IMG/VR virus record: IMGVR_UViG_2740892230_000006
Direction: 5' to 3' (one strand)
From: a virus
Taxonomy: Duplodnaviria; Heunggongvirae; Uroviricota; Caudoviricetes
Length of the DNA: 12,743 nucleotides
Position 1 is the first letter of the stretch. Every line of letters begins with the position of its first letter. A program made the position numbers and the translations under genes. Shown piece by piece: positions 1-8,265 of the stretch. The notes below the pieces were generated by a model. That model did not search any database. It saw nothing but the letters and a program-made list of their open reading frames with translations, and was not told the origin of the DNA.

Positions 1-905
1 CCGATGAGGAAGAGACGCTGTTACGTGTGGATGCGGCGATCAACAAAAAATACCGCCATGCAGACGGAACCGAAATGACTATTTCCCGTGTCTGCTGGGA
101 CATCGGGGGGATCGATGGCGAAATCGTTTATCAGAGGTCAAAAAAACACGGTGTTTTCCGGGTGCTGCCGGNNNNNNNNNNGCAGCGAAACCGTTTTGAG
201 ATGTATGTCTGGGGATGGGCACCGGGAGAGGAAGCCTTTCTGGTGGATAAAATCATCATTATGGGGCGTCCCGATGAGGAAGAGACGCTGTTACGTGTGG
301 ATGCTGCGATCAACAAAAAATATCGCCATGCGGATGGCACCGAAATGACCATTTCCCGTGTCTGCTGGGACACCGGGGGGATCGATGGTGAAATTGTTTA
401 TCAGAGATCAAAAAAACACGGTGTTTTCCGGGTGCTGCCGGTAAAAGGCGCGTCTGTCTATGGCAAGCCGGTGATCACCATGCCGAAAACCCGCAATCAG
501 CGGGGCGTGTATCTGTGTGAAGTGGGGACGGACACCGCAAAAGAAATTCTCTATGCCCGTATGAAAGCCGATCCCACGCCTGCGGATGAAGCCACGTCGT
601 ATGCCATCCGTTTTCCTGATGATCCGGAGATTTTTTCGCAGACAGAGGCGCAGCAACTGGTGGCGGAAGAGCTTGTGGAGAAGTGGGAAAAAGGAAAGAT
701 GCGTCTGCTGTGGGATAACAAAAAGCGGCGTAACGAAGCGCTGGACTGCCTGGTGTATGCCTACGCGGCATTACGTGTGTCCGTGCAACGCTGGCAGCTT
801 GATCTGGCTGTACTGGCAAAATCCCGGGAAGAAGAGACGACCCGGCCAACCCTGAAAGAACTGGCAGCGAAGCTGTCCGGAGGAGTGAATGGTTACAGTC
901 GCTGA
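1..905 (+). CDS. A: Terminase large subunit, C-terminal portion (5'-truncated at window edge); reading frame is open from position 3; positions 1-171 are a near-duplicate of 271-441 across a 10-N gap
   Basis: Translation (...RPDEEETLLRVDAAINKKYRHADGTEMTISRVCWDTGGIDGEIVYQRSKKHGVFRVLPVKGASVYGKPV...KKRRNEALDCLVYAYAALRVSVQRWQLDL...) matches from memory the C-terminus of lambda gpA (...RICWDTGGID...SKKHGLFRVIPIKGASVYGKPV...KKRRNEALDC...RWQLDL). Position immediately upstream of W and portal. Stop TGA at 903-905. Confidence 0.9.
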   Translation, partial: DEEETLLRVDAAINKKYRHADGTEMTISRVCWDIGGIDGEIVYQRSKKHGVFRVLPXXXXQRNRFEMYVWGWAPGEEAFLVDKIIIMGRPDEEETLLRVDAAINKKYRHADGTEMTISRVCWDTGGIDGEIVYQRSKKHGVFRVLPVKGASVYGKPVITMPKTRNQRGVYLCEVGTDTAKEILYARMKADPTPADEATSYAIRFPDDPEIFSQTEAQQLVAEELVEKWEKGKMRLLWDNKKRRNEALDCLVYAYAALRVSVQRWQLDLAVLAKSREEETTRPTLKELAAKLSGGVNGYSR

Positions 906-1095
906 ACTGCAGGCGCTGCGTCAGGCGCGCCTTGATTTATTAACCGGTAAACGGGTGGTGTCTGTCCAGAAAGATGGTCGCAGAATTGAATATACGGCGG
1001 CTTCTCTGGATGAGCTTAACCGGGCGATCAATGATGCGGAGTCGGTACTGGGGACAACCCGGCGTCGCCGTCGTCCGCTGGGAGTGAGGTTATGA
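889..1095 (+). CDS. W: Head-tail joining / head completion protein (gpW-like)
   Basis: 68-aa product MVTVAELQALRQARLDLLTGKRVVSVQKDGRRIEYTAASLDELNRAINDAESVLG...RRRRRP resembles lambda gpW (…[23 protein letters not shown]…) in size and motif. ATG at 889 is preceded by GGAGGAG and overlaps the terminase 3' end; its stop overlaps the portal start as ATGA (1092-1095). Confidence 0.85.
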   Translation: MVTVAELQALRQARLDLLTGKRVVSVQKDGRRIEYTAASLDELNRAINDAESVLGTTRRRRRPLGVRL

Positions 1096-2861
1096 AACGA
1101 ACGCCTGTCCTGATTGATGTGAACGGCGTTCCGCTTCGTGAGAGTCTCAGCTACAACGGGGGCGGCGCAGGATTTGGCGGGCAAATGGCGGAGTGGTTGC
1201 CACCGGCGCAGAGTGCCGATGCGGCCCTGCTGCCCGCGTTGCGTCTGGGGAATGCCCGGGCAGATGATCTGGTGCGCAATAACGGAATAGCGGCCAATGC
1301 GGTGGCACTGCATAAGGATCACATTGTCGGGCATATGTTTCTTATCAGCTACCGTCCGAACTGGCGCTGGCTGGGGATGCGGGAGACCGCAGCAAAAAGC
1401 TTTGTCGATGAGGTGGAGGCGGCCTGGTCGGAATACGCCGAAGGGATGTCTGGCGAGATCGACGTGGAAGGAAAACGCACGTTCACGGAATTTATCCGTG
1501 AAGGTGTGGGCGTTCATGCGTTTAACGGCGAAATCTTTGTGCAGCCGGTCTGGGATACGGAAACCACGCAGTTATTCCGTACGCGTTTTAAAGCCGTGAG
1601 TCCGAAACGGGTGGACACGCCAGGACACGGTATGGGGAACCGTTTTCTGCGGGCCGGTGTGGAGGTCGATCGATATGGCCGTGCCGTCGCGTACCATATT
1701 TGTGAGGATGATTTTCCGTTCTCTGGTAGTGGACGATGGGAACGGATCCCGCGTGAACTTCNNNNNNNNNNGGTGGAGGTCGATCGATATGGCCGTGCCG
1801 TTGCGTACCATATCTGTGAGGATGATTTTCCGTTCTCCGGGAGTGGACGATGGGAACGGATCCCGCGTGAACTTCCCACCGGGCGTCCGGCCATGCTGCA
1901 TATTTTCGAGCCGGTGGAGGACGGGCAGACCCGTGGGGCTAATCAGTTTTACAGCGTCATGGAACGGCTGAAGATGCTGGATTCCCTGCAGGCAACACAG
2001 CTTCAGTCGGCCATTGTGAAAGCCATGTATGCAGCGACGATTGAAAGTGAACTTGATACCGAAAAGGCCTTTGAATATATCGCCGGCGCGCCACAGGAGC
2101 AGAAGGATAATCCGCTTATTAATATTCTGGAGAAGTTCTCCAGCTGGTATGACACGAATAGCGTGACGCTGGGCGGAGTCAAAATTCCGCACCTTTTCCC
2201 TGGTGATGATCTGAAACTACAGACTGCGCAGGATTCAGACAATGGATTTTCGGCGCTTGAACAGGCGCTGCTGCGGTATATCGCCGCCGGTCTTGGCGTT
2301 TCCTACGAACAGTTGTCCCGTGATTACTCGAAGGTCAGTTATTCAAGTGCCAGGGCCTCTGCCAATGAGTCGTGGCGCTATTTTATGGGGCGGCNNNNNN
2401 NNNNCTCAAGTGCCCGCGCCTCCGCCAATGAGTCGTGGCGCTATTTTATGGGGCGGCGAAAATTTATTGCGGCCCGGCTGGCCACGCAGATGTTTTCCTG
2501 CTGGCTGGAAGAGGCACTTCTTCGGGGGATTATCCGTCCGCCACGGGCGCGTTTTGATTTTTATCAGGCGCGATCAGCCTGGTCACGGGCAGAGTGGATT
2601 GGTGCCGGAAGAATGGCCATTGACGGGCTCAAGGAGGTTCAGGAATCGGTGATGCGCATTGAGGCCGGACTGAGCACGTATGAGAAAGAGCTGGCGCTGA
2701 TGGGCGAGGATTATCAGGACATTTTCCGCCAGCAGGTCAGGGAATCTGCAGAGCGGCAAAAAGCCGGACTCTCACGTCCGGTGTGGATAGCGCAGGCGTA
2801 TCAGCAGCAGATAGCGGAGAGTCGCAGGCCGGAAGAGGAGACAACACCCCGTGAGACGTAA
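1092..2861 (+). CDS. B: Portal protein (gpB-like); apparent length is inflated by two scaffold-gap duplications (N at 1762-1771 and 2395-2404)
   Basis: Translation contains lambda gpB hallmarks recalled from memory: GNARADDLVRNNG, HAFNGEIFVQPVWDT, SPKR, HIFEPVEDGQTRGANQFYSVME, LQATQLQSAIVKAMYAATIESELDT, LQTAQDSDNGFSALEQALLRYIAAGLGVSYEQLSRDYSKVSYSSARASANESW, WIGAGRMAIDGLKEVQESVMRIEAGLSTYEKE. Stop TAA at 2859-2861. Confidence 0.92.
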   Translation: MKRTPVLIDVNGVPLRESLSYNGGGAGFGGQMAEWLPPAQSADAALLPALRLGNARADDLVRNNGIAANAVALHKDHIVGHMFLISYRPNWRWLGMRETAAKSFVDEVEAAWSEYAEGMSGEIDVEGKRTFTEFIREGVGVHAFNGEIFVQPVWDTETTQLFRTRFKAVSPKRVDTPGHGMGNRFLRAGVEVDRYGRAVAYHICEDDFPFSGSGRWERIPRELXXXXVEVDRYGRAVAYHICEDDFPFSGSGRWERIPRELPTGRPAMLHIFEPVEDGQTRGANQFYSVMERLKMLDSLQATQLQSAIVKAMYAATIESELDTEKAFEYIAGAPQEQKDNPLINILEKFSSWYDTNSVTLGGVKIPHLFPGDDLKLQTAQDSDNGFSALEQALLRYIAAGLGVSYEQLSRDYSKVSYSSARASANESWRYFMGRXXXXSSARASANESWRYFMGRRKFIAARLATQMFSCWLEEALLRGIIRPPRARFDFYQARSAWSRAEWIGAGRMAIDGLKEVQESVMRIEAGLSTYEKELALMGEDYQDIFRQQVRESAERQKAGLSRPVWIAQAYQQQIAESRRPEEETTPRET

Positions 2862-4617
2862 TCTTTCACACATTATTGCCGCGGCATTCAATGAACCGCT
2901 GCTTCTGGAGCCCGCCTATGCGCGGGTTTTCTTTTGCGCGCTCGGGCGCGAGATGGGGGCAGCAAGTCTTTCGGTACCACAGCAGCAGGTACAGCTTGAT
3001 GCTCCCGGAATGCTGGCTGAAACGGACGAGTACATGGCCGGAGGTAAACGACCGGCCCGTGTTTACCGGGTGGTGAACGGTATTGCTGTACTGCCGGTGA
3101 CCGGCACGCTGGTGCACCGGCTGGGGGGTATGCGGCCATTTTCCGGAATGACAGGCTATGACGGCATTGTCGCCTGTCTTCAGCAGGCAATGGCGGATAG
3201 CCAGGTGCGGGGCGTACTGCTGGACATTGACAGTCCGGGCGGGCAGGCCGCCGGCGCGTTTGACTGCGCTGACATGATTTACCGCCTCCGTCAGCAGAAG
3301 CCGGTCTGGGCACTGTGCAATGACACGGCCTGTTCTGCAGCCATGCTGCTGGCGTCGGCCTGCTCCCGACGGCTGGTTACCCAGACATCCCGTATCGGCT
3401 CCATTGGCGTGATGATGAGCCATGTCAGCTATGCCGGTCATCTGGCGCAGGCCGGTGTGGATATCACGCTGATTTACTCAGGGGCGCACAAGGTGGATGG
3501 CAATCAGTTTGAAGCCTTACCGGCAGAGGTTCGCCAGGACATGCAGCAGCGCATTGATGCGGCGCGCCGGATGTTTGCCGAAAAAGTGGCCATGTTTACC
3601 GGTCTGTCTGTTGATGCCGTCACGGGAACAGAGGCCGCCGTTTTTGAAGGTCAGTCCGGCATTGATGCCGGGCTGGCGGATGAATTAGTCAATGCGTCGG
3701 ATGCCATCAGTGTGATGGCCACGGCGCTGAACAGTAATGTCAGAGGAGGCACTATGCCGCAATTAACTGCAACGGAAGCCGCCGCGCAGGAGAACCAGCG
3801 AGTGATGGGGATCCTGACATGCCAGGAAGCGAAAGGACGTGAACAGCTTGCCACGATGCTGGCAGGACAACAGGGCATGAGCGTTGAACAGGCCCGGGCG
3901 ATTCTGGCCGCGGCGGCACCGCAGCAGCCGGTGGCATCCACGCAGAGTGAAGCCGATCGCATTATGGCGTGTGAAGAAGCGAACGGTCGTGAACAACTGG
4001 CGGCAACGCTGGCGGCGATGCCGGAGATGACGGTGGAAAAAGCCCGCCCGATCCTGGCTGCTTCACCGCAGGCGGATGCCGGACCCTCACTCCGTGATCA
4101 GATCATGGCACTGGATGAGGCAAAAGGGGCTGAGGCGCAGGCTGAACAGCTGGCTGCCTGCCCGGGAATGACTGTGGAGAGCGCCCGGGCTGTGCTGGCT
4201 GCGGGATCAGGTAAGNNNNNNNNNNTTGGCTGCCTCACCGCAGGCGAATGCCGGGCCCTCACTTCGTGATCAGATCATGGCCCTGGATGAGGCAAAAGGG
4301 GCAGAAGCGCAGGCTGAAAAACTGGCGGCCTGCCCGGGAATGACCGTGGAGAACGCCCGGGCTGTGCTGGCTGCGGGATCAGGTAAGGCAGAACCGGTCT
4401 CTGCATCCACAACCGCCCTGTTTGAACGCATCATGGCGAACCATTCACCGGCAGCGGTACAGGGTGGCGTGCCACAGACGTCAGCAGACGGTGATGCGGA
4501 CGTGAANNNNNNNNNNATTTCATGGCGAATCATTCACCGGCAGCGGTGCGGGGTGGCGTGTCACAGACGTCAGCAGACGGTGATGCGGACGTGAAAATGC
4601 TCATGGCCATGCCATGA
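2851..4617 (+). CDS. C: Head maturation protease / scaffold fusion (gpC-like, S49/SppA-family serine peptidase N-terminal domain with a Nu3-like scaffold C-terminal region); GTG start; frame apparently broken by scaffold gaps at 4216-4225 and 4507-4516
   Basis: N-terminus ...AAFNEPLLLEPAYARVFFCAL... then ...VVNGIAVLPVTGTLV...MTGYDGIVACLQQA...LLDIDSPGGQAAGAFDCADMIYRLRQQKPVWALCNDTACSAAMLLASACSRRLVTQTSRIGSIGVMMSH...ITLIYSGAHKVDGNQF...AVFEGQSGIDAGLADELVN matches the lambda gpC pattern recalled from memory. GTG at 2851 overlaps the portal stop. The terminal ...SADGDADVKMLMAMP is followed by TGA at 4615-4617. Confidence 0.85.
3754..4617 (+). CDS. nu3: Nu3-like scaffolding protein, internal in-frame start nested in the 3' part of the C gene
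   Basis: ATG at 3754-3756 is in the C frame and preceded by AGAGGAGG (3743-3750) at ideal spacing. The downstream sequence MPQLTATEAAAQENQRVMGILTCQEAKGREQ... parallels lambda Nu3 (…ENSRIMGILNCEEAHGREEQ…), which in lambda is made from an internal start within C. Confidence 0.55.
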
Positions 4618-4653
4618 AGTCAGTGCTGACCATCAACAGGAGGTTTTTACAAT

Positions 4654-5291
4654 ATGGTAACGAAAACCATCACTGAACAGCGTGCGGAAGTACGTATTTT
4701 TGCCGGTAATGATCCGGCTCATACCGCCACAGGCAGCAGCGGGATTTCNNNNNNNNNNTATGAGGTTTTAACAAAATGGTGACGAAAACCATCACTGAAC
4801 AGCGTGCGGAAGTACNNNNNNNNNNCTCGGCAACACCGGCACTGACGCCCCTGATGCTGGATGAAGCCAGCGGGAAACTGGTGGTCTGGGACGGACAGAA
4901 AGCCGGTAGTGCGGTTGGCATACTGGNNNNNNNNNNTTCTGCAACACCGGCTCTGACGCCCCTGATGCTGGATGAAGCCACCGGGAAACTGGTGGTCTGG
5001 GATGGACAGAAAGCCGGTAGTGCGGTTGGCATACTGGNNNNNNNNNNGTGCCCTGAGTCACGCGGCGCTGCCGTAACACGTTATCAGGCCACCGCGGTGG
5101 CCTGACTGATTTCTGAATGAAAGGAACTGNNNNNNNNNNTACTGCCGCTTGAAGGCACAGAGACGGTACTGACCTATTACAAGTCGGGGACCTTTGCGAC
5201 GGAGGCAATCCGCTGGCCTGACAGTGTGGATGAACACAAAAAGGCAAATGCCTTTGCCGGCACAGCCCTGAGTCACGCGGCTCTGCCGTAA
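4654..5291 (+). CDS. D: Head decoration protein (gpD-like); the scaffold interleaves variant fragments across five 10-N gaps (4749-5139), so the true gene is shorter (about 110 codons)
   Basis: AGGAGG at 4638-4643 then ATG at 4654. Fragments translate to [32 protein letters not shown] / [33 protein letters not shown] / ...[44 protein letters not shown], matching lambda gpD motifs (…[37 protein letters not shown]…GAAVGIL…TFYKSGTF…AFAGTA…). Stop TAA at 5289-5291. Confidence 0.8.
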
Positions 5292-5299
5292 CACGTTAT

Positions 5300-5319
5300 C
5301 AGGCCACCATGGTGGCCTG
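5300..5319 (+). repeat. Perfect 20-bp palindrome CAGGCCACCATGGTGGCCTG in the D-E intergenic region; a variant copy CAGGCCACCGCGGTGGCCTG lies at 5085-5104
   Basis: Read directly from the sequence. Both variant copies are perfectly self-complementary, and the two differences are at symmetric central positions (GC to AT). Confidence 0.45.
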
Positions 5320-5348
5320 ACTGATTTCTGAATGAAAGGAACTGATTT

Positions 5349-6531
5349 ATGGGATTGTTTACGACCCGCCAGTTACTCGGTTATACCGAACAAAAAGTGA
5401 AATTTCGTGCGCTGTTTCTGGAGCTGTTTTTCCGCCGTACGGTGAATTTCCATACCGAAGAGGTGATGCTGGACAAAATTACCGGAAAAACGCCGGTGGC
5501 GGCCTATGTCTCCCCGGTTGTTGAAGGAAAAGTGCTGCGTCATCGCGGTGGTGAAACCCGCGTGTTACGTCCGGGCTACGTCAAGCCGAAACACGAATTT
5601 AATTACCAGCAGGCGGTTGAGCGTCTTCCCGGTGAAGATCCGGCTCAACTGAACGACCCGGCCTACCGTCGTCTGCGTATCATCACCGATAACCTCAAAC
5701 AGGAAGAGCATGCCATTGTCCAGGTGGAAGAAATGCAGGCGGTGAATGCCGTGCTGTATGGCAAATACACCATGGAAGGGGATCAGTTTGATACTGTCGA
5801 GGTGGATTTTGGACGCTCTGAAGGAAATAACATTGAGCAGGCCGACGGTAAAAAATGGTCTGAGCAGGACCGTGATACGTTTGATCCGACGCATGATATT
5901 GACCTCTACTGCGATCAGGCCAGCGGTCTTGTGAATATTGCCATTATGGACGGTACTGTCTGGCGTCTGCTGAATGGTTTTAAGCTGTTCCNNNNNNNNN
6001 NCCTTGTGAATATCGCCATTATGGACGGTACGGTCTGGCGTCTGCTGAATGGCTTTAAGCTGTTCCNNNNNNNNNNCCTGGGGGCGGTGGTGTCTTTCAA
6101 AGGGTATTACGGCGATCTGGCCATTGTGGTGGCGANNNNNNNNNNGCGAAAAACTGGATACCCGTCGCGGCTCAAATTCACAACTCGAAACGGCAGTGAA
6201 AGATCTGGGCGCAGTGGTGTCCTTCAAGGGGTATTACGGCGATCTGGCCATTGTGGTGGCGAAAACGTCTTATGTGGCAGAGGACGGTACCGAAAAACGT
6301 TATCTGCCGGAGGGCATGCTGGTGCTGGGGAATACGGCGGCAGAGGGGATTCGTTGCTATGGTGCCATTAAGGATGCACAGGCGTTGTCTGAAGGAGTGG
6401 TGGCTTCTTCCCGTTACCCGAAACACTGGCTGACCGTGGGCGATCCGTCCTGTGAATTCACCATGACGCAGTCCGCTCCGCTGATGGTGCTGCCGGATCC
6501 GGATGAGTTTGTGGTGGTGCAGGTGAAATAA
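5349..6531 (+). CDS. E: Major capsid protein (gpE-like); frame interrupted by scaffold gaps at 5992-6001, 6067-6076 and 6136-6145 with duplicated flanks
   Basis: MGLFTTRQLLGYTEQKVKFRALFLELFFRR...GGETRVLRPGYVKPKHEFNYQQAVERLPGEDPAQLNDPAYRRLRIITDNLKQEEHAIVQVEEMQAVNAVLYGKYTMEGDQFDTVEVDFGRSEGNNIEQ...KLDTRRGSNSQLETAVKDLGAVVSFKGYYGDLAIVV...LPEGMLVLGNT...RYPKHWLTVGDPSCEFTMTQSAPLMVLPDPDEFVVVQVK* matches lambda gpE along its whole length from memory. Stop TAA at 6529-6531. Confidence 0.92.
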
Positions 6532-6538
6532 TCCGTGA

Positions 6539-6568
6539 GCGGGGGCGAAATGCCCCCGTGTCTTTTTT
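6539..6568 (+). terminator. Candidate intrinsic terminator/attenuator hairpin downstream of the major capsid gene
   Basis: GC-rich stem GGGGGC (6541-6546) / GCCCCC (6552-6557), loop GAAAT, optionally extended by one G-C pair and a G-U wobble, immediately followed by TCTTTTTT (6561-6568). It lies between the E stop (6531) and the FI start (6583). Confidence 0.5.
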
Positions 6569-6661
6569 CACAGGGGGCTGATATGGCAACAAAAGAAGAA
6601 AATCAGAAACGTCTTCGTCAACTGGCTGGCCTGCTGGGGCGCGNNNNNNNNNNAGGCTGAG

Positions 6662-7045
6662 ATGGCAACAAAAGAAGAAAATCTGAATCGTCTTCGTCAA
6701 CTGGCTGGCCTGCTGGGGCGCGAGGCGGATATGTCGGGGAGTGCTGCGGATATTGCTCAACGTGTGTCTGAGTGGGAAGAGGAGCTTGCTGTTTCCCCGG
6801 AGGGCATTATGCACTCTGATGAGAGCGGGGCTGATCAAAATCACACAGACGATGGTGAGCAGTTGAACAACACGGATGCTCCGGATGATGTTAAAGCCGT
6901 CCGGGTACGGAAGTGCCTGCAAGTAATGGGGTATTGCCCGGAGACAGGTCGTCCCGTTGAGCTGGCGTTACGGGGTATGCGTGTTCTGGTGCCATCATCA
7001 CTGGCAACGGCCATGATACAGCACGGAACGGCTGAATATGCGTGA
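6662..7045 (+). CDS. FI: DNA-packaging protein FI-like; complete copy carried on a short variant contig bounded by N-runs at 6644-6653 and 7072-7081
   Basis: 127-aa acidic product MATKEENLNRLRQLAGLLGREADMSGSAADIAQRVSEWEEEL... with C-terminal ...GRPVELALRGMRVLVPSSLATAMIQHGTAEYA, the same architecture as lambda gpFI. Sits between E and FII. A truncated first start of the same gene occurs at 6583-6643. Confidence 0.8.
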   Translation: MATKEENLNRLRQLAGLLGREADMSGSAADIAQRVSEWEEELAVSPEGIMHSDESGADQNHTDDGEQLNNTDAPDDVKAVRVRKCLQVMGYCPETGRPVELALRGMRVLVPSSLATAMIQHGTAEYA

Positions 7046-7081
7046 TTTTCAGAATGCCTTTGATGCTGCCCNNNNNNNNNN

Positions 7082-7370
7082 GCAACGTGTGTCTGAGTGG
7101 GAAGAGGAGCTTGCTGCTTCCCGGGAGGGCATTATGCCTGGTGATGAGAGCGGGCCTGAGCAAAATCACACAGACGATGGTGAGCAGTTGCACAACACTG
7201 ATGCTACGGATGATGTTAAAGCGGTCCGTGTGCGGAAATGCCTGCATGTGATGGGGTATTGCCCGGAGACAGGCCGTCCCGTTGAACTGACGTACCGGGG
7301 CATGCGTGTTCTGGTGCCATCACCACTGGCGACAGCCATGATACAGCACGGAACGGCTGAGCATGCGTGA
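7082..7370 (+). CDS. FI: 3' portion of a second FI allele, belonging with the main contig and probably continuous with the FI start at 6583 that is interrupted by the scaffold gap
   Basis: Translates in frame to ...QRVSEWEEELAASREGIMPGDESGPEQNHTDDGEQLHNTDATDDVKAVRVRKCLHVMGYCPETGRPVELTYRGMRVLVPSPLATAMIQHGTAEHA*, a diverged paralogue of 6662-7045. The stop overlaps the FII start as ATGCGTGA at 7363-7370. Confidence 0.55.
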
Positions 7371-7716
7371 TTTTCAGAATGCCTTTGATGCTGCCCTCGC
7401 CGGGGTAGACAGTACGATCGTTGAAGTGATGGGGCTCTGTGCGCAGTTCACCTCGGGGGCACAGTGTGGCAGCGAAGTTCAGGGGGTTTTTGACGATCCG
7501 GAGTCGCTGGGGTTTGCCGGTGGCGGGGTCCGTATTGAAGGAAGCAGCCCGTCATTATTTGTGCGGACGGATACGGTTCGTGCCGTGCGGCGTGGTGACA
7601 CGCTGACCATTAATGGTGAGATATTCTGGGTGGATCGTGTTTCTCCGGATGACGGGGGCAGCTGTTATCTCTGGCTCAACCGTGGGCAACCACCCGCAGT
7701 TAACCGGCGACGATAA
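7363..7716 (+). CDS. FII: Head completion / head-tail connector protein FII-like
   Basis: MRDFQNAFDAA...GVFDDPES...GGGVRIEGSSPSLFVRTDTVRAVRRGDTLTINGEIFWVDRVSPDDGGSCYLWLNRGQPPAVNRRR matches lambda gpFII (…VFDDPEN…VEGSSPSLFVRTDEVRQLRRGDTLTI…FWVDRVSPDDGGSCHLWL…PPAVNRRR) from memory. Stop TAA at 7714-7716. Confidence 0.9.
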   Translation: MRDFQNAFDAALAGVDSTIVEVMGLCAQFTSGAQCGSEVQGVFDDPESLGFAGGGVRIEGSSPSLFVRTDTVRAVRRGDTLTINGEIFWVDRVSPDDGGSCYLWLNRGQPPAVNRRR

Positions 7717-7731
7717 ACGCAGGGTGAAATT

Positions 7732-8265
7732 ATGGCGATAAAAGGGCTTGATCAGGCGATTGACAATCTGAGCCGGGTTCGTAAAAACGCCATTCCGGCG
7801 GCTTCAGCAATGGCCATTAACCGCGTGGCCACAACGGCGATTAATCAGTCTTCATCACAGGTTGCCCGGGAGACAAAGGTTCGCCGGAAACTGGTTAAGG
7901 AACGGTCCAGACTGAAACGGGCGACGGTCAGAAATCCGAATGCCAGAATTATCGTTAACCGCGGTGATCTCCCTGTGATTAAGCTGGGGATCAGGATGCC
8001 GGGGCGTCGCCCGGACAGCATACTTAAAGCCGGTCAGCATCGGTATCAGCGGGCATTTATTCAGCGATTAAAAAATGGTCGCTGGCATGTCATGCAGCGT
8101 GTGGCCGGGAAAAACCGTTACCCCATTGATGTGGTGAAAATCCCGATGGCGGTGCCGCTTACCACGGCGTTTAAACAGAATATTGAACGGATACGGCGTG
8201 AACGTCTTCCGAAAGAGCTGGGCTATGCGCTGCAGCATCAACTGAGAATGGTAATAAAGCGATGA
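7732..8265 (+). CDS. Z: Tail completion protein Z-like
   Basis: MAIKGLDQAIDNLSRVRKNAIPAASAMAINRVATTAINQSSSQVARETKVRRKLVKERSRLKRATV...[69 protein letters not shown] is near-identical to lambda gpZ as recalled. Its stop overlaps the U start as ATGA (8262-8265). Confidence 0.93.
   Translation: MAIKGLDQAIDNLSRVRKNAIPAASAMAINRVATTAINQSSSQVARETKVRRKLVKERSRLKRATVRNPNARIIVNRGDLPVIKLGIRMPGRRPDSILKAGQHRYQRAFIQRLKNGRWHVMQRVAGKNRYPIDVVKIPMAVPLTTAFKQNIERIRRERLPKELGYALQHQLRMVIKR

Noticed and set aside
1-905. cos site or terminase small subunit in this window
   Set aside because: The window begins inside the terminase large subunit. cos and Nu1 would lie upstream and are not present.
1659-1874. Apparent internal tandem duplication in the portal protein (VEVDRYGRAVAYHICEDDFPFSGSGRWERIPREL, twice)
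   Set aside because: The copies are separated by exactly 10 N and are near-identical at the nucleotide level apart from synonymous changes, so this is a scaffold overlap and not a real repeat. The same applies at 2340-2460 in the portal, 9066-9460 in V, 5925-6250 in E and 4760-5040 in D.
921-2192. Minus-strand ORFs 921-1517, 1514-1894 and 1572-2192
   Set aside because: They are antisense to W and the portal gene, and partly built from gap-duplicated sequence. They are spurious.
4618-4653. Short inverted repeat GTCAG-TG-CTGAC in the C-D intergenic region
   Set aside because: A 5-bp stem with a 2-nt loop is sterically implausible as a hairpin and too short to be meaningful.
4749-6145. Regularly spaced near-identical repeats separated by short unique-looking spacers (superficially CRISPR-like)
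   Set aside because: The so-called spacers are runs of N, the repeats are coding sequence of D and E, and their lengths are irregular. This is not a CRISPR array.
5565-6227. Minus-strand ORF of 220 aa antisense to E
   Set aside because: It spans three N-gaps and lies opposite the major capsid gene. It is an artefact.
7038-7370. ORF-track protein MRDFQNAFDAA....QRVSEWEEEL...
   Set aside because: It is a chimera: the FII N-terminus from the variant contig is read through the N-run at 7072-7081 into the 3' part of FI. It is not a real gene.
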